A stretch of 64,000 nt of DNA from a bacterium (GCA_030666865.1 DAOUWZ010000002.1:24691-88690); one strand, 5' to 3'; counted from the first letter of the stretch, positions 27,453 through 38,754 are shown. Notes: generated by a model not told the origin, from the sequence alone. A program made the numbers and translations.

Positions 27453-27968
27453 TTATTTATTAACTACTTTTATAACATCATCACTATCATACTGATTTTG
27501 TCCTACTCCATTTGCGCCAAACGATCCTACTACCACAGAATCAAAACAACCACCTCCGCCATCGCAAGGTTCATTATCTAAATTGATTTCGTAATCGGTA
27601 TCAAAAAAATAATTATTTCCCCATGGATCAGAAGGAATACTAAGCATATATGCTCCAGCCCAATTTGAAAACAATCCATCAGTTTGGGTTATACCTGATG
27701 ATTGAGTAGTCAAGTCCCACACTTCATTATTAGCGCCAGTATTGACTTGATCAGGAATTTGATGCCCTGGCCATTCGCCAGTGTCTATCATTAATTGCCC
27801 AATAGCAGAATAAATAACATCTATATCTTGTTGAGCTTTAGCAATTTTCGCTTTACTTCTAGCATTATTAACTGCAATCATAGTTATACTTGACAACAAA
27901 CCTATAATCCCGATAACAACCAATATTTCTATTAAAGTAAATCCTGATTTATTAAACTTATTTTTCAT
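27453..27968 (-). CDS. Type IV pilin / pseudopilin (prepilin-type N-terminal cleavage/methylation domain).
   Basis: The class III signal KSG|FTLIEILVVIGIIGLLSSI. The gene is embedded between eno and pgk. Confidence 0.75.
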   Translation of the reverse strand: MKNKFNKSGFTLIEILVVIGIIGLLSSITMIAVNNARSKAKIAKAQQDIDVIYSAIGQLMIDTGEWPGHQIPDQVNTGANNEVWDLTTQSSGITQTDGLFSNWAGAYMLSIPSDPWGNNYFFDTDYEINLDNEPCDGGGGCFDSVVVGSFGANGVGQNQYDSDDVIKVVNK

Positions 27969-27980
27969 AATTAAAACTGT

Positions 27981-29171
27981 TTATTTTAATAAAGGCTTTA
28001 AGCCTGGTAAATTCTTTTTTTCCAAAAAATCCAACATGGCACCGCCTCCAGTTGAAATATAATCAAAACTGGCAAACAAATTCATATCTTGAATAAGCCA
28101 AACAGTTTCTCCACCACCTAAAACTGTAAAACATTTACGTTTTGACCTAGCCGCTATTAATTCGGTCAAAGCTCTAGAAGCATGGCTAGATTTTTTATCC
28201 TCAACAATTCCCAGTGGACCATTCCAAAAAATAGTTTTAGCTTGTTTTATTACATCTGACCACTCAAGTACTGTTTTAGTACCAATATCAATAATCCTAT
28301 CATATTGCTTAATATCAATAAGATCTTTTTGACAAGCTTCCAATTTTTTTGTTTTCACATCATCAACCGTGACATCTGTAGGAATAATTATTTTTTTTGA
28401 ATATTTCTTATACAGTTGCTTTACTTCAGTCATCATATCCTTTTCTACCAATGATTTACCAACCTGATTGCCAGCAGCGGCAATAAAATTATTAGCCAGC
28501 CCCCCGCCAATCAATAAATAGTCAACTTTTTTAGCAATGCTATCGATCAACTTCACTTTTGTTTCTATTTTTGCGCCACCCAACACGACTACTAAAGGTT
28601 TTTTTGGTTTAGAAAAAAATTTAGTTAATTGTTCGACCTCTGACAAAATTAGCAAACCGGCATAACTCGGCAAATATTTTGTTATAGCGACCAAAGATGC
28701 CGCCCTTCGATGAGAAACAGCAAAAGCATCATTAATAAAAATATCACCCAAAATTGCAAGGTCTTTAGCAAATTTATCAGAATTTTTTTCTTCACCAATA
28801 TGAAATCGCAAATTTTCCAATAAAACAATATTCCCATTATGCATCTTATCAAGATGCTGCTCTACTTTTTTTCCTATACAATCATCCAACTTCACAATCT
28901 TTCTTTTAAGTAGAGTTGTCAGTCTTCTAGCAATCGGAGTAAGTCTTAAAGATTTATTTTTTTTACCATGAGGTCTGCCTAAATGAGATAATAGAATTAC
29001 TTTTGCACCTGCTTTTGTTAAATAGTCTATAGTTGGTAACACTCGTCGCAGACGAAAATCTTCACAACCATCTACTTCTAAATTATCACCTAAACTAACA
29101 TTAAAATCTACCCTGAGTAACACTCTTTGCCCTGCCAAATTTTTTATCTGTTTTATTGATTTTAATTTCAT
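27981..29171 (-). CDS. pgk: Phosphoglycerate kinase.
   Basis: N-terminus VLLRVDFNV, full length at 396 aa. Confidence 0.9.
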   Translation of the reverse strand: MKLKSIKQIKNLAGQRVLLRVDFNVSLGDNLEVDGCEDFRLRRVLPTIDYLTKAGAKVILLSHLGRPHGKKNKSLRLTPIARRLTTLLKRKIVKLDDCIGKKVEQHLDKMHNGNIVLLENLRFHIGEEKNSDKFAKDLAILGDIFINDAFAVSHRRAASLVAITKYLPSYAGLLILSEVEQLTKFFSKPKKPLVVVLGGAKIETKVKLIDSIAKKVDYLLIGGGLANNFIAAAGNQVGKSLVEKDMMTEVKQLYKKYSKKIIIPTDVTVDDVKTKKLEACQKDLIDIKQYDRIIDIGTKTVLEWSDVIKQAKTIFWNGPLGIVEDKKSSHASRALTELIAARSKRKCFTVLGGGETVWLIQDMNLFASFDYISTGGGAMLDFLEKKNLPGLKPLLK

Positions 29172-29269
29172 TCTTTTTGTTTAATATCCCTTCGTCCCGC
29201 TCAGCGAGACTTCGCTTTTCTATTTCTGTCTATTAATTAGTGTATTTATCAATTAGCTATGGGGTATTA

Positions 29270-29293
29270 CCTGCCTGCCTGCAGGCAGGCAGG
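29270..29293. repeat. Family A copy 4, the perfect 24-nt palindrome cctgcctgcctgcaggcaggcagg.
   Basis: Read directly from the sequence. Confidence 0.8.
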
Positions 29294-29424
29294 TACAAAT
29301 TTATTAAGTAATTGAATTTAAAATTTTTTCTACCTGCTCTTTATCAACTTTTTTTATTATAATTATATATTACCATAACTCAATTTTTTTTAATACTCTC
29401 AATTTTATAGAAAAATACATATTT

Positions 29425-29943
29425 TTAAATTGCATACAAATTAATAGGGACTCCGTTGTTACCTGATTTTTCTTTTTTTATTAAATTCAAATCGGCAATA
29501 GAAAAGGTATAAGATATAATTTTAGTACCGCTGTCACATTCTTTTTTTATTTTTTGACTTAATCTGCTGAACGCTTTCCTAGTCAAACCATAAACAAAAA
29601 ATTTATTATAGTCACTAAAGTCGCATTTAAAAAAATCTCTATTTTTTAATTCTATATTCTGACAGCCAAAAAAAATTTTTTTACTATAAGTTATCAAAAA
29701 CAACGGCCAAGCAATTTCAATACCAACAAAATTTGTTTGCGGATATTTTTTCGCCAAATAAACAAGTAAACTGCCTGTACCACAACCAACATCAACAAAA
29801 TTATCGCCTTCTTTCAATTTTGCTAATTTATCAATTCTGCTAAAATCTTTTCTTCTAGTAGGCACCCATGGAGCCATAGATATTGCCCCTCTAGACATCC
29901 CAAATAAAACTAAGATTATAATAATCAAAACTATCCAAGTCAT
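29425..29943 (-). CDS. Small membrane-anchored class I SAM-dependent methyltransferase.
   Basis: An N-terminal TM segment and SAM motif I (VDVGCGTGSLLVYLAKKY). Confidence 0.55.
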   Translation of the reverse strand: MTWIVLIIIILVLFGMSRGAISMAPWVPTRRKDFSRIDKLAKLKEGDNFVDVGCGTGSLLVYLAKKYPQTNFVGIEIAWPLFLITYSKKIFFGCQNIELKNRDFFKCDFSDYNKFFVYGLTRKAFSRLSQKIKKECDSGTKIISYTFSIADLNLIKKEKSGNNGVPINLYAI

Positions 29944-30005
29944 GCGTTAAAAATTTTTTTATTATCAACTACCATTAACTAATTTTTTCAATTTATTAAT
30001 AAAAT

Positions 30006-31715
30006 TTACCAGCTTCCTCCTCCGCCACCACCAAAACCACCGCCAGAAAATCCTGAGCCGCCAGAACCAGTGCCACCCCGAGCTGCTGCAGAAAAACCAC
30101 TATTTACATTAGTAGTAAAACCAGATAAATCATCAATCAAGCTCAAAGCTATCAAATTACCTGTCATACCTCCTTCATACCATGTAGGCGGCTCAATATA
30201 CATATCAGCAAACTGCTTGGCCCATTTTTTTTCAACTCCCATCGCTATTGCAAACGGTAAAAATTTCATAAACTGTTTAGGATCCTTTTCCGGAGCATTA
30301 TGAAATTCTAACCGATCTTTGTCAGTCACAGCCAAAAATTCTTTAAAACCTAGAATACTTTCTTTTGTTTCAGCTCCATGTTTAGTCTTTTTGCTCATTA
30401 TCCAGCCAAAACCCATAATGATAACTCCTGATACAATCAAAGCTACAATGCCCGCGCCAAACCAATCTCCTAAATATATTGCCAAGAAAATTATACCGAT
30501 TCCGAGTCCCATGTACAAACCTCTGACTTTCTCAGGATTTTTCTTATAATACCCTTTTAGAACCATTTCTTCATTTATATCTCTTTTGAATAACTTTATT
30601 TTCTTGCTCATACTAACATCTTTTTTTATTTTTGACATCTTTTTTTTACTTCCAGAAATTGCATTATTACCAAAAATAATTTCACCAATATCTTTTTCAA
30701 TTTTACTATTTATTTCACCAATATCTTTTAATAATATCAACTCATAATCTTTGCCAGAAAACACGCTTTGCTTCTCTATTTTTTTAATTTTTAGAAAACC
30801 TTGCTGAGCCAAATAAATAATGCCAGCAGTAATATCTCGATTATCAACTTTTTCATCAATCAAAGATCCGAGGAGTGTCGGTTTTAAATCTTGCGGTGGA
30901 TGATATTCAGGAATGATAGTTCCTTTCCCTTTAGGATCTCGTCCTTTATAAAACCATAATAAAAACATAAATACAAAAACCAATACCGGCAATGCAATTA
31001 TAAAATTATTTTTCAGCCATCTCATAAAAAAACTAAACTCACCTGGCTGATCTAAATAGCCCTTAGGCATACCAAAAGCAATTGTCATTCCTTCCTTAGG
31101 ATATAATTCTGATTTATTCTGAAAAATAGTAGTAAATCCATTTTCAATAAGACATTCTTCGTCAGAGCCATATTCCCCTTGATAGCATGACACTTGAATA
31201 TTTTCTTTGGAACCAGAATAAAAAATCTCTGCCCTAACATTTTTGATTGGTACTGGCCATTGATTTCCTGTCAAATTCCAATAAAATTCATCAAATTCAT
31301 CAAAATAATTAATCGCTCCTGTAACCTTATAAATAATTTCATATTTATTAAGACCGTCAACAAAAACTTCCGCTTGACCAATTTTTATTTCTTTATTTTT
31401 CCCTTTATTACTAACTTCATACATTTCTGGTTGTTCATTTCTCATAACATCTGAAACACTAATATCAATTTTCCTTTCCCCGAATTTGCCTTGATAGCTA
31501 ATCGGAATGTTCCGATAAATGCCATGCTTTTGCAAATTACCGAAATCATAAAAAATTGTTTCTTGAATAGTAATTGTGGCATCAGCATCAATCTTAATAT
31601 TTACTTGAAAATGAGTAATTTCTTCTGCACTTACCCAAAAACCAAAAAGTAGACTTATTAATCCAATTAAAAGACCTATTGCGACATGCCAAATTTTTAT
31701 ACTACCGCTTTTCAC
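30006..31715 (-). CDS. DUF2207-family membrane protein with a C-terminal Gly-rich tail.
   Basis: A signal/TM segment, then a large extracytoplasmic domain, then TM helices, then GGTGSGGSGFSGGGFGGGGGGSW. This architecture is typical of DUF2207. Confidence 0.5.
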   Translation of the reverse strand: MKSGSIKIWHVAIGLLIGLISLLFGFWVSAEEITHFQVNIKIDADATITIQETIFYDFGNLQKHGIYRNIPISYQGKFGERKIDISVSDVMRNEQPEMYEVSNKGKNKEIKIGQAEVFVDGLNKYEIIYKVTGAINYFDEFDEFYWNLTGNQWPVPIKNVRAEIFYSGSKENIQVSCYQGEYGSDEECLIENGFTTIFQNKSELYPKEGMTIAFGMPKGYLDQPGEFSFFMRWLKNNFIIALPVLVFVFMFLLWFYKGRDPKGKGTIIPEYHPPQDLKPTLLGSLIDEKVDNRDITAGIIYLAQQGFLKIKKIEKQSVFSGKDYELILLKDIGEINSKIEKDIGEIIFGNNAISGSKKKMSKIKKDVSMSKKIKLFKRDINEEMVLKGYYKKNPEKVRGLYMGLGIGIIFLAIYLGDWFGAGIVALIVSGVIIMGFGWIMSKKTKHGAETKESILGFKEFLAVTDKDRLEFHNAPEKDPKQFMKFLPFAIAMGVEKKWAKQFADMYIEPPTWYEGGMTGNLIALSLIDDLSGFTTNVNSGFSAAARGGTGSGGSGFSGGGFGGGGGGSW

Positions 31716-31731
31716 TTATTAAAATTAATAT

Positions 31732-32064
31732 TTAAATTTCTATTTCTTCAGAATTATGGTCTTCGGAATTTTCTTCATCTAAGCCATTATCTAATTCTAT
31801 TTCGTCATTAGCATGATTATTGATTTTTTTTTCTAGTTCTGGCTGAACTTTATTTGATTCTGACCTGATAACTTCACATTTTTCTTTTTTAACTGTACTT
31901 ATGCCCAGTATTTGATATAAACCACAAAAATTTATAAAACTAGTTATAGCTAAAATTATTGCCAAAATCCACCAATATGGCGAATGAAAAAATGCTAAAA
32001 CAACGAATAATAAAGCAAAAAATAATCTAATAAATCTATCAATTTTACCTATATTTTTTCTCAT
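31732..32064 (-). CDS. DUF2892 (YgaP-like) small membrane protein with an acidic C-terminal tail.
   Basis: IDRFIRL...AITSF.NFCGLYQILGIS resembles the DUF2892 consensus. Confidence 0.45.
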   Translation of the reverse strand: MRKNIGKIDRFIRLFFALLFVVLAFFHSPYWWILAIILAITSFINFCGLYQILGISTVKKEKCEVIRSESNKVQPELEKKINNHANDEIELDNGLDEENSEDHNSEEIEI

Positions 32065-32290
32065 AAAATTTTATTAATTTATTAAATATATATAAATTTT
32101 CCTATAAATATATTATACAGAATTAAAGGCCATTTTAAAAGAATTTTATATATCCTCATTAAAATAGATAATATTAATTTATCATCTTGAACATTTAACA
32201 TTTGAATTTTGGGCTTTTTGGTATTTGGATTTTCCTGCCTGTCTAGACGAATCGGCAAGACTCACAATAGTAACTAATTATACGACAAGT

Positions 32291-33883
32291 CTAATACGGT
32301 AATGTAAATTTAAATGTGGAGCCCTTGCCATAACCATCGCTTTCCGCCCAAATATTACCGCTATGTCCTTCAATAATTTTCTTAGCAATATAAAGCCCGA
32401 GCCCTACTCCGCTAGTATCTACTTTATTAATATCTTTGCCACGACGGAACTTATTAAATAATTCATCTAATTCTTCATAAGAAATTCCCCTACCAGTATC
32501 AGTAACACTAACTAAAACATATTTTTCCATCTTTTTAACCTCAATAACAATTTTCCCGCCATTAGGAGTATATTTTATTGCATTATCTATCAAATTCAAA
32601 ATAACATCAGTTACTTTATCACTATCACACGATGTGCTTATATCAGACTTTGTTTTAAATTCAATCTTAATATTTTTTTCCGTTGCTTCAATTTCTAAAG
32701 ATTTAATAATATCAGAAATTATATTATTAATATTCTGCTTGGTCTTAAGTATTTTTAAACGACCAGACTCAATTCTAGAAATATTCAAAAAGATATTTAT
32801 CAAACGAATTAATCTCTCCGAATTTCTCAACAAAACTCCGACAATATCATTTTGCTCTTTAGTCATCTTGCCATAATCACCATCTGACAACATAGACAAA
32901 TATCCTTTAATAGCCGATAATGGCGTTCTTAATTGGTGAGAAGTGATGGATAAAAATTCAGTTTTAGCTTCATCAAGTTTAGTCAATCTGGCATTAGCTT
33001 CTTGCAAAGCCGAAGTAATCTTTTTTAATTTTTTAACCTGTTTAATCTCTCTTAAAATACTTTTTACTAATAAAATACTAATAATAACTACAGCAACAAA
33101 CACTATTACATTAATTACTAACTCGGTATAAGTACTTGAAGTTAATACTTTTACTAACAAAAAAAATGATAAGAGCACGCTTAATAATTCAGATGCAATA
33201 ACTTTTATATTCATTAAATTATAACGTATAAGAGCGTAAACAAAGCTTAATATCAATGGAATATGAAACAAATGACCAAAACGAACAAAATTAGTTCTCT
33301 TAAAAAAAACAACTGATAAATAATTAAAAAATACCATTAAACTAAATGTCAATATCAAACCCGCTGCAATATATTTCCATTGTTTTTTCTCAAGACCTTC
33401 CGCTCTATAAAACCTCTTAAATAAATAAAAGAAAGAAAAAATTGTAAAAAAAATAATATATAGACCAAATACTGGCATTAATAAACCTTTTACCGGCTCT
33501 ATATTTTGATTGTTATAAACAACCGATTCAAATATTAGAGGTGTTAGAGATAACCCCATTAAAACAATGGTAATAAATATAGAGGAATAAAAAACCCATT
33601 TATTCCAAGTAATTTTTTTATCTGGGAATGTGTAAATAAATAAAAATAGTAAATATGTTTGCGGAATAGCAAATAACATAACTATTCTAATCCAAAATAA
33701 AGTAAATTCTGGATCACTATGCACAGAAAAAAAGTTATTTACGCCCCAAAATGTCAACGATAATACTAATAAAACAAAAAATATTTGATTAACATTCTTT
33801 TTCCCATAATAATACACAAAAATTACTAACGTTATATTAGATAATGCTGTGATTACTAAAGTTAAAAAATCAAAATTAAACAT
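32291..33883 (-). CDS. Sensor histidine kinase with a multi-TM (7TM-like) N-terminal domain. It is an orphan, with no response regulator adjacent.
   Basis: H-box SHQLRTPLSAIKGYLSML and a HATPase_c domain (DTGRGISYEELDELFNKFRRG...GVGLGLYIAKKIIEGHSGNIWAES). Confidence 0.8.
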   Translation of the reverse strand: MFNFDFLTLVITALSNITLVIFVYYYGKKNVNQIFFVLLVLSLTFWGVNNFFSVHSDPEFTLFWIRIVMLFAIPQTYLLFLFIYTFPDKKITWNKWVFYSSIFITIVLMGLSLTPLIFESVVYNNQNIEPVKGLLMPVFGLYIIFFTIFSFFYLFKRFYRAEGLEKKQWKYIAAGLILTFSLMVFFNYLSVVFFKRTNFVRFGHLFHIPLILSFVYALIRYNLMNIKVIASELLSVLLSFFLLVKVLTSSTYTELVINVIVFVAVVIISILLVKSILREIKQVKKLKKITSALQEANARLTKLDEAKTEFLSITSHQLRTPLSAIKGYLSMLSDGDYGKMTKEQNDIVGVLLRNSERLIRLINIFLNISRIESGRLKILKTKQNINNIISDIIKSLEIEATEKNIKIEFKTKSDISTSCDSDKVTDVILNLIDNAIKYTPNGGKIVIEVKKMEKYVLVSVTDTGRGISYEELDELFNKFRRGKDINKVDTSGVGLGLYIAKKIIEGHSGNIWAESDGYGKGSTFKFTLPY

Positions 33884-33910
33884 ATTGTTATAAAATAACT
33901 ATAACTTTTT

Positions 33911-35470
33911 TTAGTCAATAATCCAAGATTGCTTACCAGAACGAGAGAAATAATCAGAACTGTTATAATCCCAAAACTCAATTTTTGGAATTACTTTCTC
34001 GCCCATAGATTCAAACAGCTTATTAAATTCAAAATTTGTCTCTCTTAAATTTTTAATAATTATTTCTTGAATAGTATTTTTGATTTCATTATCAATTTTA
34101 ATATTTTCCATCAATTCAATATCTATTTTTAAATAAGAATTGTTGTTATTATCATACAATTTTTTCATAACAAATCTTCCAGAAATATATTTCTTAATAT
34201 AATCATCTTCTAAACCTTTTTTAATATTATCAGGATAGATTAATAATCCATATAAAATAACAGCTGACTTTTTCCCCTTCAATTCTAAAAATGGTAAGTT
34301 CCAAATAGACATTCTATTTTTAGAATTTTTATTTAGTATATTAACACCATTTTTATCTAATTTTTTTTTCATCCGCTCAAAAGAGACTACTCTGCCCTCA
34401 TCTTTAATATTATATCTTAATAAAGGAATACTGCCATCAGAAGAAAAAACTAATTCATTTTTAACTTGTTCAAAATATTTTGAAAGTGGATTATATTGGA
34501 ATAAACCAGGAATATTTACCGCCTGAAAAAATAATCTATTCTTTATTTCCTCATTAATTGTAGCTAATTGTCTTAAATAAATTGTTACTGGCGTTTCGTG
34601 TGCTAATATATTTGCATCAGCAGATCCATACAAACTAAAAGAATCATATATTTTATTACTACAACATGCTTTCTCCATTATTTCTAATCTCCAATTTTCA
34701 CTAAAACCCTCACCAGCAAATAAAAATTTAATATTAAACTTACTCCATTCAATATTATTTTTTAAACCCACATCAATAATATCTTTTAAAAAGGGGGGGT
34801 AACCAGCTAAAACTACTTGATCATATTTACCACCTAATTTACTTATCAAACTACTTGTTTCTTCAATACTGATTCCTGGGCTAATAACTGTTAAAGGATA
34901 ATTTTTTTGTGATAAACGCATACCACAATTTTGAGTAAGTACGCCAGCAACATACATGCCCATTGAAAAACATACTATCAATAAAGTACTTTTATTATTA
35001 ATCTGAAAAAATTCTTTAAATAATATTTCATGTTGCAAAGAAGCTTCAAATTCTTGCCAACTGGACCTAAACCAAAAAAATGGATCCCCGCTAGATCCTG
35101 AGCTAACAGAAATTATAGTCTGTTTATTAAAAGATCCTTGCCAACAGAGATCCTGTAATTGATATTTATTCAAGTAATTATTCTTATCAATCAAAGGCAC
35201 TTTTTGAAAATCATTCCAAGTAGCAATATCTTTATGATTGATATTATTTTTCTTCAAAAACTTTTTATAGGCTGGCACTTCTTCGGCAGCCCGATGAAAC
35301 AATTTAAGAAATTTTGTTTTTGCTTTGGCGACTAACTCTTCACTAGAAATATTCTCCAAATCTTTTTTAAAACTATCTGCATTATAACTATCAAAATCAA
35401 TAGTATAGTTTTGTGAATAATTCTTATCACTTAAAAAAAATTCTATGCCTTTAAAATTGTTCTTTTTCAT
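33911..35470 (-). CDS. Adenylate-forming enzyme, phenylacetate-CoA ligase / coenzyme F390 synthetase (PaaK)-like, ANL superfamily.
   Basis: SSGSSGDPFFW resembles the ANL/PaaK A3 motif (SSGTTGKP), and the length of ~520 aa fits. A 4-nt overlap with the upstream gene points to translational coupling. Confidence 0.5.
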   Translation of the reverse strand: MKKNNFKGIEFFLSDKNYSQNYTIDFDSYNADSFKKDLENISSEELVAKAKTKFLKLFHRAAEEVPAYKKFLKKNNINHKDIATWNDFQKVPLIDKNNYLNKYQLQDLCWQGSFNKQTIISVSSGSSGDPFFWFRSSWQEFEASLQHEILFKEFFQINNKSTLLIVCFSMGMYVAGVLTQNCGMRLSQKNYPLTVISPGISIEETSSLISKLGGKYDQVVLAGYPPFLKDIIDVGLKNNIEWSKFNIKFLFAGEGFSENWRLEIMEKACCSNKIYDSFSLYGSADANILAHETPVTIYLRQLATINEEIKNRLFFQAVNIPGLFQYNPLSKYFEQVKNELVFSSDGSIPLLRYNIKDEGRVVSFERMKKKLDKNGVNILNKNSKNRMSIWNLPFLELKGKKSAVILYGLLIYPDNIKKGLEDDYIKKYISGRFVMKKLYDNNNNSYLKIDIELMENIKIDNEIKNTIQEIIIKNLRETNFEFNKLFESMGEKVIPKIEFWDYNSSDYFSRSGKQSWIID

Positions 35471-36525
35471 TTATTTATAATAATATCTTCTGCTATTTTT
35501 TTTGCAATAAAATTAGGAGATAATTTTTCTAACTTTGAACGCTCTGCCACTTTTTTTAATATTACCTTAATATTTTCTATTCTTGCCAAAACTCTTTCTT
35601 TTTGATAACCACCTCCTTCAAATTGATCAACTATATTTATCAACCCTCCAGCATTAACAATAAAATCAGGCGCAAAAAATATTCCTTTGTTATATAACTC
35701 TTCTCCAATCATTTCTGATGACAATTGATTATTCGCCCCACCAACTATTATTCTTGTTTTCAACTCTTTAATACTGGTGTGATTAAATTCATCTCCTAAA
35801 GCACAAGGAGAATAGATATCAACTGGATATGTATGAATTTTTTTGTAATCAACAAATTCTATATTCGGATATATTCCTTTTATTCTATTTTCTACATCTT
35901 TATTAATATCCGCAACAATAACATTAGCATTATTCTCAATCAACAATCTTAACAACTCTCCGCCTAATTTGCCAACTCCCTTGATAGCCACTTTAATTCC
36001 ATCTAATTTTTCTACGCCCTTTAATTCTTTAACAACACCCTGTATTCCATAAAAAACTCCTAATGCAGCCATGTCGGATGTAGAAAATCTTTTTCCTCCA
36101 TCAGTAGAATGCCCTAAGATATATTTTGATTGTTGTGACATTATTTTAGTATCAGATTCATTGATACCAATATCTGGCCCGGTAGTAAATTCTCCCTGTA
36201 ATTTATCTACTTCTTGAACGTAAGCTTTTAATAACTCGCTATTCTTATTTTTTTGTTCTGAAATAATTACAGCTTTTCCTCCACCAAATTTAACTCCGGC
36301 TAAAGCGCACTTATATGTCATTGCTTTTGATAAATTCAACACATCTTTTACAGCTTCTTCATCCGTTTTATAATGCCATATTCTAGTACCACCAGTTGCT
36401 GGACCTAAATTTGTATTATGTATAGCAATATATCCTCTTAATCCTACTGTTTTATCTACAAAAAAAACCACTTTCTCATGATTATCATATTCTGAAAATT
36501 GTTTTATTTCTTCTATATTTAACAT
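35467..36525 (-). CDS. Glu/Leu/Phe/Val dehydrogenase family, NAD(P)-dependent amino-acid dehydrogenase (Leu/Phe-DH size class).
   Basis: AMTYKCALAGVKFGGGKAVI carries the catalytic-Lys glycine-rich motif, and GVGKLGGEL is the Rossmann motif. Confidence 0.7.
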   Translation of the reverse strand: MLNIEEIKQFSEYDNHEKVVFFVDKTVGLRGYIAIHNTNLGPATGGTRIWHYKTDEEAVKDVLNLSKAMTYKCALAGVKFGGGKAVIISEQKNKNSELLKAYVQEVDKLQGEFTTGPDIGINESDTKIMSQQSKYILGHSTDGGKRFSTSDMAALGVFYGIQGVVKELKGVEKLDGIKVAIKGVGKLGGELLRLLIENNANVIVADINKDVENRIKGIYPNIEFVDYKKIHTYPVDIYSPCALGDEFNHTSIKELKTRIIVGGANNQLSSEMIGEELYNKGIFFAPDFIVNAGGLINIVDQFEGGGYQKERVLARIENIKVILKKVAERSKLEKLSPNFIAKKIAEDIIINK

Positions 36526-37631
36526 TTCTTATTTATTATTTTATCCATACGAAATTCATACCTTCCCGAAGGCACTTCATAATTATTTGCAATTTGTCTG
36601 GCAAAATAACATAAAACCGCCCCCCTTAAAAATGAACACTCTGCCAATTGAGGTATGCCAGCAATTTTATTACCAATTAACGAGAATGATTCCTGTAGTC
36701 TTGTTACTAAATATTTAGCTCCAATAAAATCTTTTGCCAACTCTATCTTTTCTTTAATATCCCTAGGCTTATTATTTATTTTAGCAATAATATTGTTCTG
36801 CAAATATCCATTCATTATTTTTAAATCTTCATCAATGTCATACCTTTCTATATCAATGATTAAATTTTCACCATTGCCAGTAACCATTAAAACTGGAATC
36901 TTATATTTTTTTGCCTTTTCTCTTATATCAATTTTTAATTTTAAGTTATCAGTCTCTTCAATTAAAAGATCCAGCTTCGGATCTAATAAAAATTTTTCTT
37001 CATCACCGCTTATCACTCCTTGATCAAAAATATCAATTTTCATATATGGATCAATCTCAAATACTTGCCTGGCAGTCAATATTGCTTTATTTAAACCCAA
37101 TTCTGAAAGACTTGAACGAAAACGATTTAAATTTGATGCTGATAAAATATCAAAATCGGCAAACTTCATACATTTTGACCCGCCTTCTAAAGCAATACAG
37201 ACTGCAGCCGGATTTCCTACATTCAAACCTGCGATTCCGATTTTAAAATCTTTAAATTTTTTTTGCTCTGCTTTGGTAATTAATTTATTATTTCTAGAAA
37301 TCCTTAAATCATAAAAATCATCCTCGTCAATAATATGTACTATACAATTTTTCCACGGATAATAAATCCATTTGCCATCATAAAATTTTGTGGCAACACT
37401 CTCTTCTTTTAATTTATTGTTTTTAAATAGCAAAGATGGGTCTTTTATTAATTGTAATTCATTTTCAATTTCTGAATACTCGTCAACTATTTCATTAACA
37501 GTCCCCTCTTTTATTAATTTTATAAAAAAATTTTTATCTTTATTGTCAGACAAATCAAATATTACAGGCTGAAAAATATTTCTACCATTTTTATCTATCT
37601 TGCAATTATTGACTAATTTTTCTATTTCCAT
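36519..37631 (-). CDS. E1-like ThiF/MoeB/HesA family adenylyltransferase with a ~125-aa N-terminal extension.
   Basis: IGIAGLNVGNPAAVCIALEGG...DFDILSASNLNRF matches the MoeB/ThiF motifs GLGGLGSPAA...DDDVVSLSNLQRQ. A 7-nt overlap with the downstream dehydrogenase gene. Confidence 0.65.
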   Translation of the reverse strand: MEIEKLVNNCKIDKNGRNIFQPVIFDLSDNKDKNFFIKLIKEGTVNEIVDEYSEIENELQLIKDPSLLFKNNKLKEESVATKFYDGKWIYYPWKNCIVHIIDEDDFYDLRISRNNKLITKAEQKKFKDFKIGIAGLNVGNPAAVCIALEGGSKCMKFADFDILSASNLNRFRSSLSELGLNKAILTARQVFEIDPYMKIDIFDQGVISGDEEKFLLDPKLDLLIEETDNLKLKIDIREKAKKYKIPVLMVTGNGENLIIDIERYDIDEDLKIMNGYLQNNIIAKINNKPRDIKEKIELAKDFIGAKYLVTRLQESFSLIGNKIAGIPQLAECSFLRGAVLCYFARQIANNYEVPSGRYEFRMDKIINKKC

Positions 37632-37641
37632 ATTTCCTTTA

Positions 37642-38664
37642 TCAATTTTCTAACAAATTATCATTCAACAAAATTCGTGGTGTATGTTTCATTTTCCCGC
37701 GAATATTTCCTATACATAACAAAAATTGAGGCAACTCACTTGTATTCAATATTTCTTGTAAATTTTTTCGAAAATCTCCAATTTCAATACTGGCAACATA
37801 AATTGAAAAATCTAAATTATCTTTAATTATATTCAGCATTAAACGTTCTGACGAACGACCAGCTTCTAACCAGCTATATTTATCATCATTATTTGTAGTT
37901 AAAACATATATGCCAGGAGCAGATCTGATACTAAAATAATTTAGTTTAGATAAAATTCGACCAAAATTAAAATATGAAATTAAAACAGGGACAATAAAAG
38001 ATAACAAACCTGGCATTTTTAAAGAATAACCGGGCAAACCATCTTTTTTATTGGAAAAATTATTGTGCATCCAATTAGACATTTCTAGACGAAACTCCTT
38101 ATCACTATGAGCCATTTTCATCCCCTGAGAAGTTAAATCTGCAATTTTTTGAATATTATTTTTATTATTTACACATTTTAAATTTACGATTTCAGATGAT
38201 AATAATTTTTCATATTTTATTATAGTTTCTAAATTATCAACATAATTGGAAAAAATACCACGAGTATTTACTCTATTCGATATAGCTTCTAATAAATCTT
38301 TATATTTTTCATTTACTTCATCAGATTCGCTAAAAAAAACTTCTGCAACAAGATTTTCTTCACTATCAATTTTATACTTAATATCGCTATAAATTCCAAA
38401 ATATTTAGCAGCAATTATTAGATTTTCCAAAAAACATCCAATGCTAATATATAAATCTCTGCCTGTTGGATCAGCCTGTGGTAAAATTTTTGCAGGATTA
38501 ATATATACTTTGCAAGTATTATTTTTAATTTTATACAACCATGGCTGACTATTATGTGTTGACGGAGCTAAAATCGCATAATTTAAGATAAATCTTATTT
38601 TATCTTTTAAATCGCCTTCAGCTGGAAAATCATTTTTATTTAATTCCCAATTATTTAAGTTCAT
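37642..38664 (-). CDS. Nitroreductase-family flavoprotein, two-domain ~340-aa type.
   Basis: AILAPSTHNSQPW is the nitroreductase FMN-site motif. The length implies a tandem nitroreductase fold, as in SagB/Acg-type proteins. Confidence 0.65.
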   Translation of the reverse strand: MNLNNWELNKNDFPAEGDLKDKIRFILNYAILAPSTHNSQPWLYKIKNNTCKVYINPAKILPQADPTGRDLYISIGCFLENLIIAAKYFGIYSDIKYKIDSEENLVAEVFFSESDEVNEKYKDLLEAISNRVNTRGIFSNYVDNLETIIKYEKLLSSEIVNLKCVNNKNNIQKIADLTSQGMKMAHSDKEFRLEMSNWMHNNFSNKKDGLPGYSLKMPGLLSFIVPVLISYFNFGRILSKLNYFSIRSAPGIYVLTTNNDDKYSWLEAGRSSERLMLNIIKDNLDFSIYVASIEIGDFRKNLQEILNTSELPQFLLCIGNIRGKMKHTPRILLNDNLLEN

Positions 38665-38754
38665 TGTTTAGATTTATAACTTTATTATAACAAAAAAATA
38701 CTTTTTTCATAAATTAATCATTATTAATATATCTGCAAGTAAATTCCAATAAAC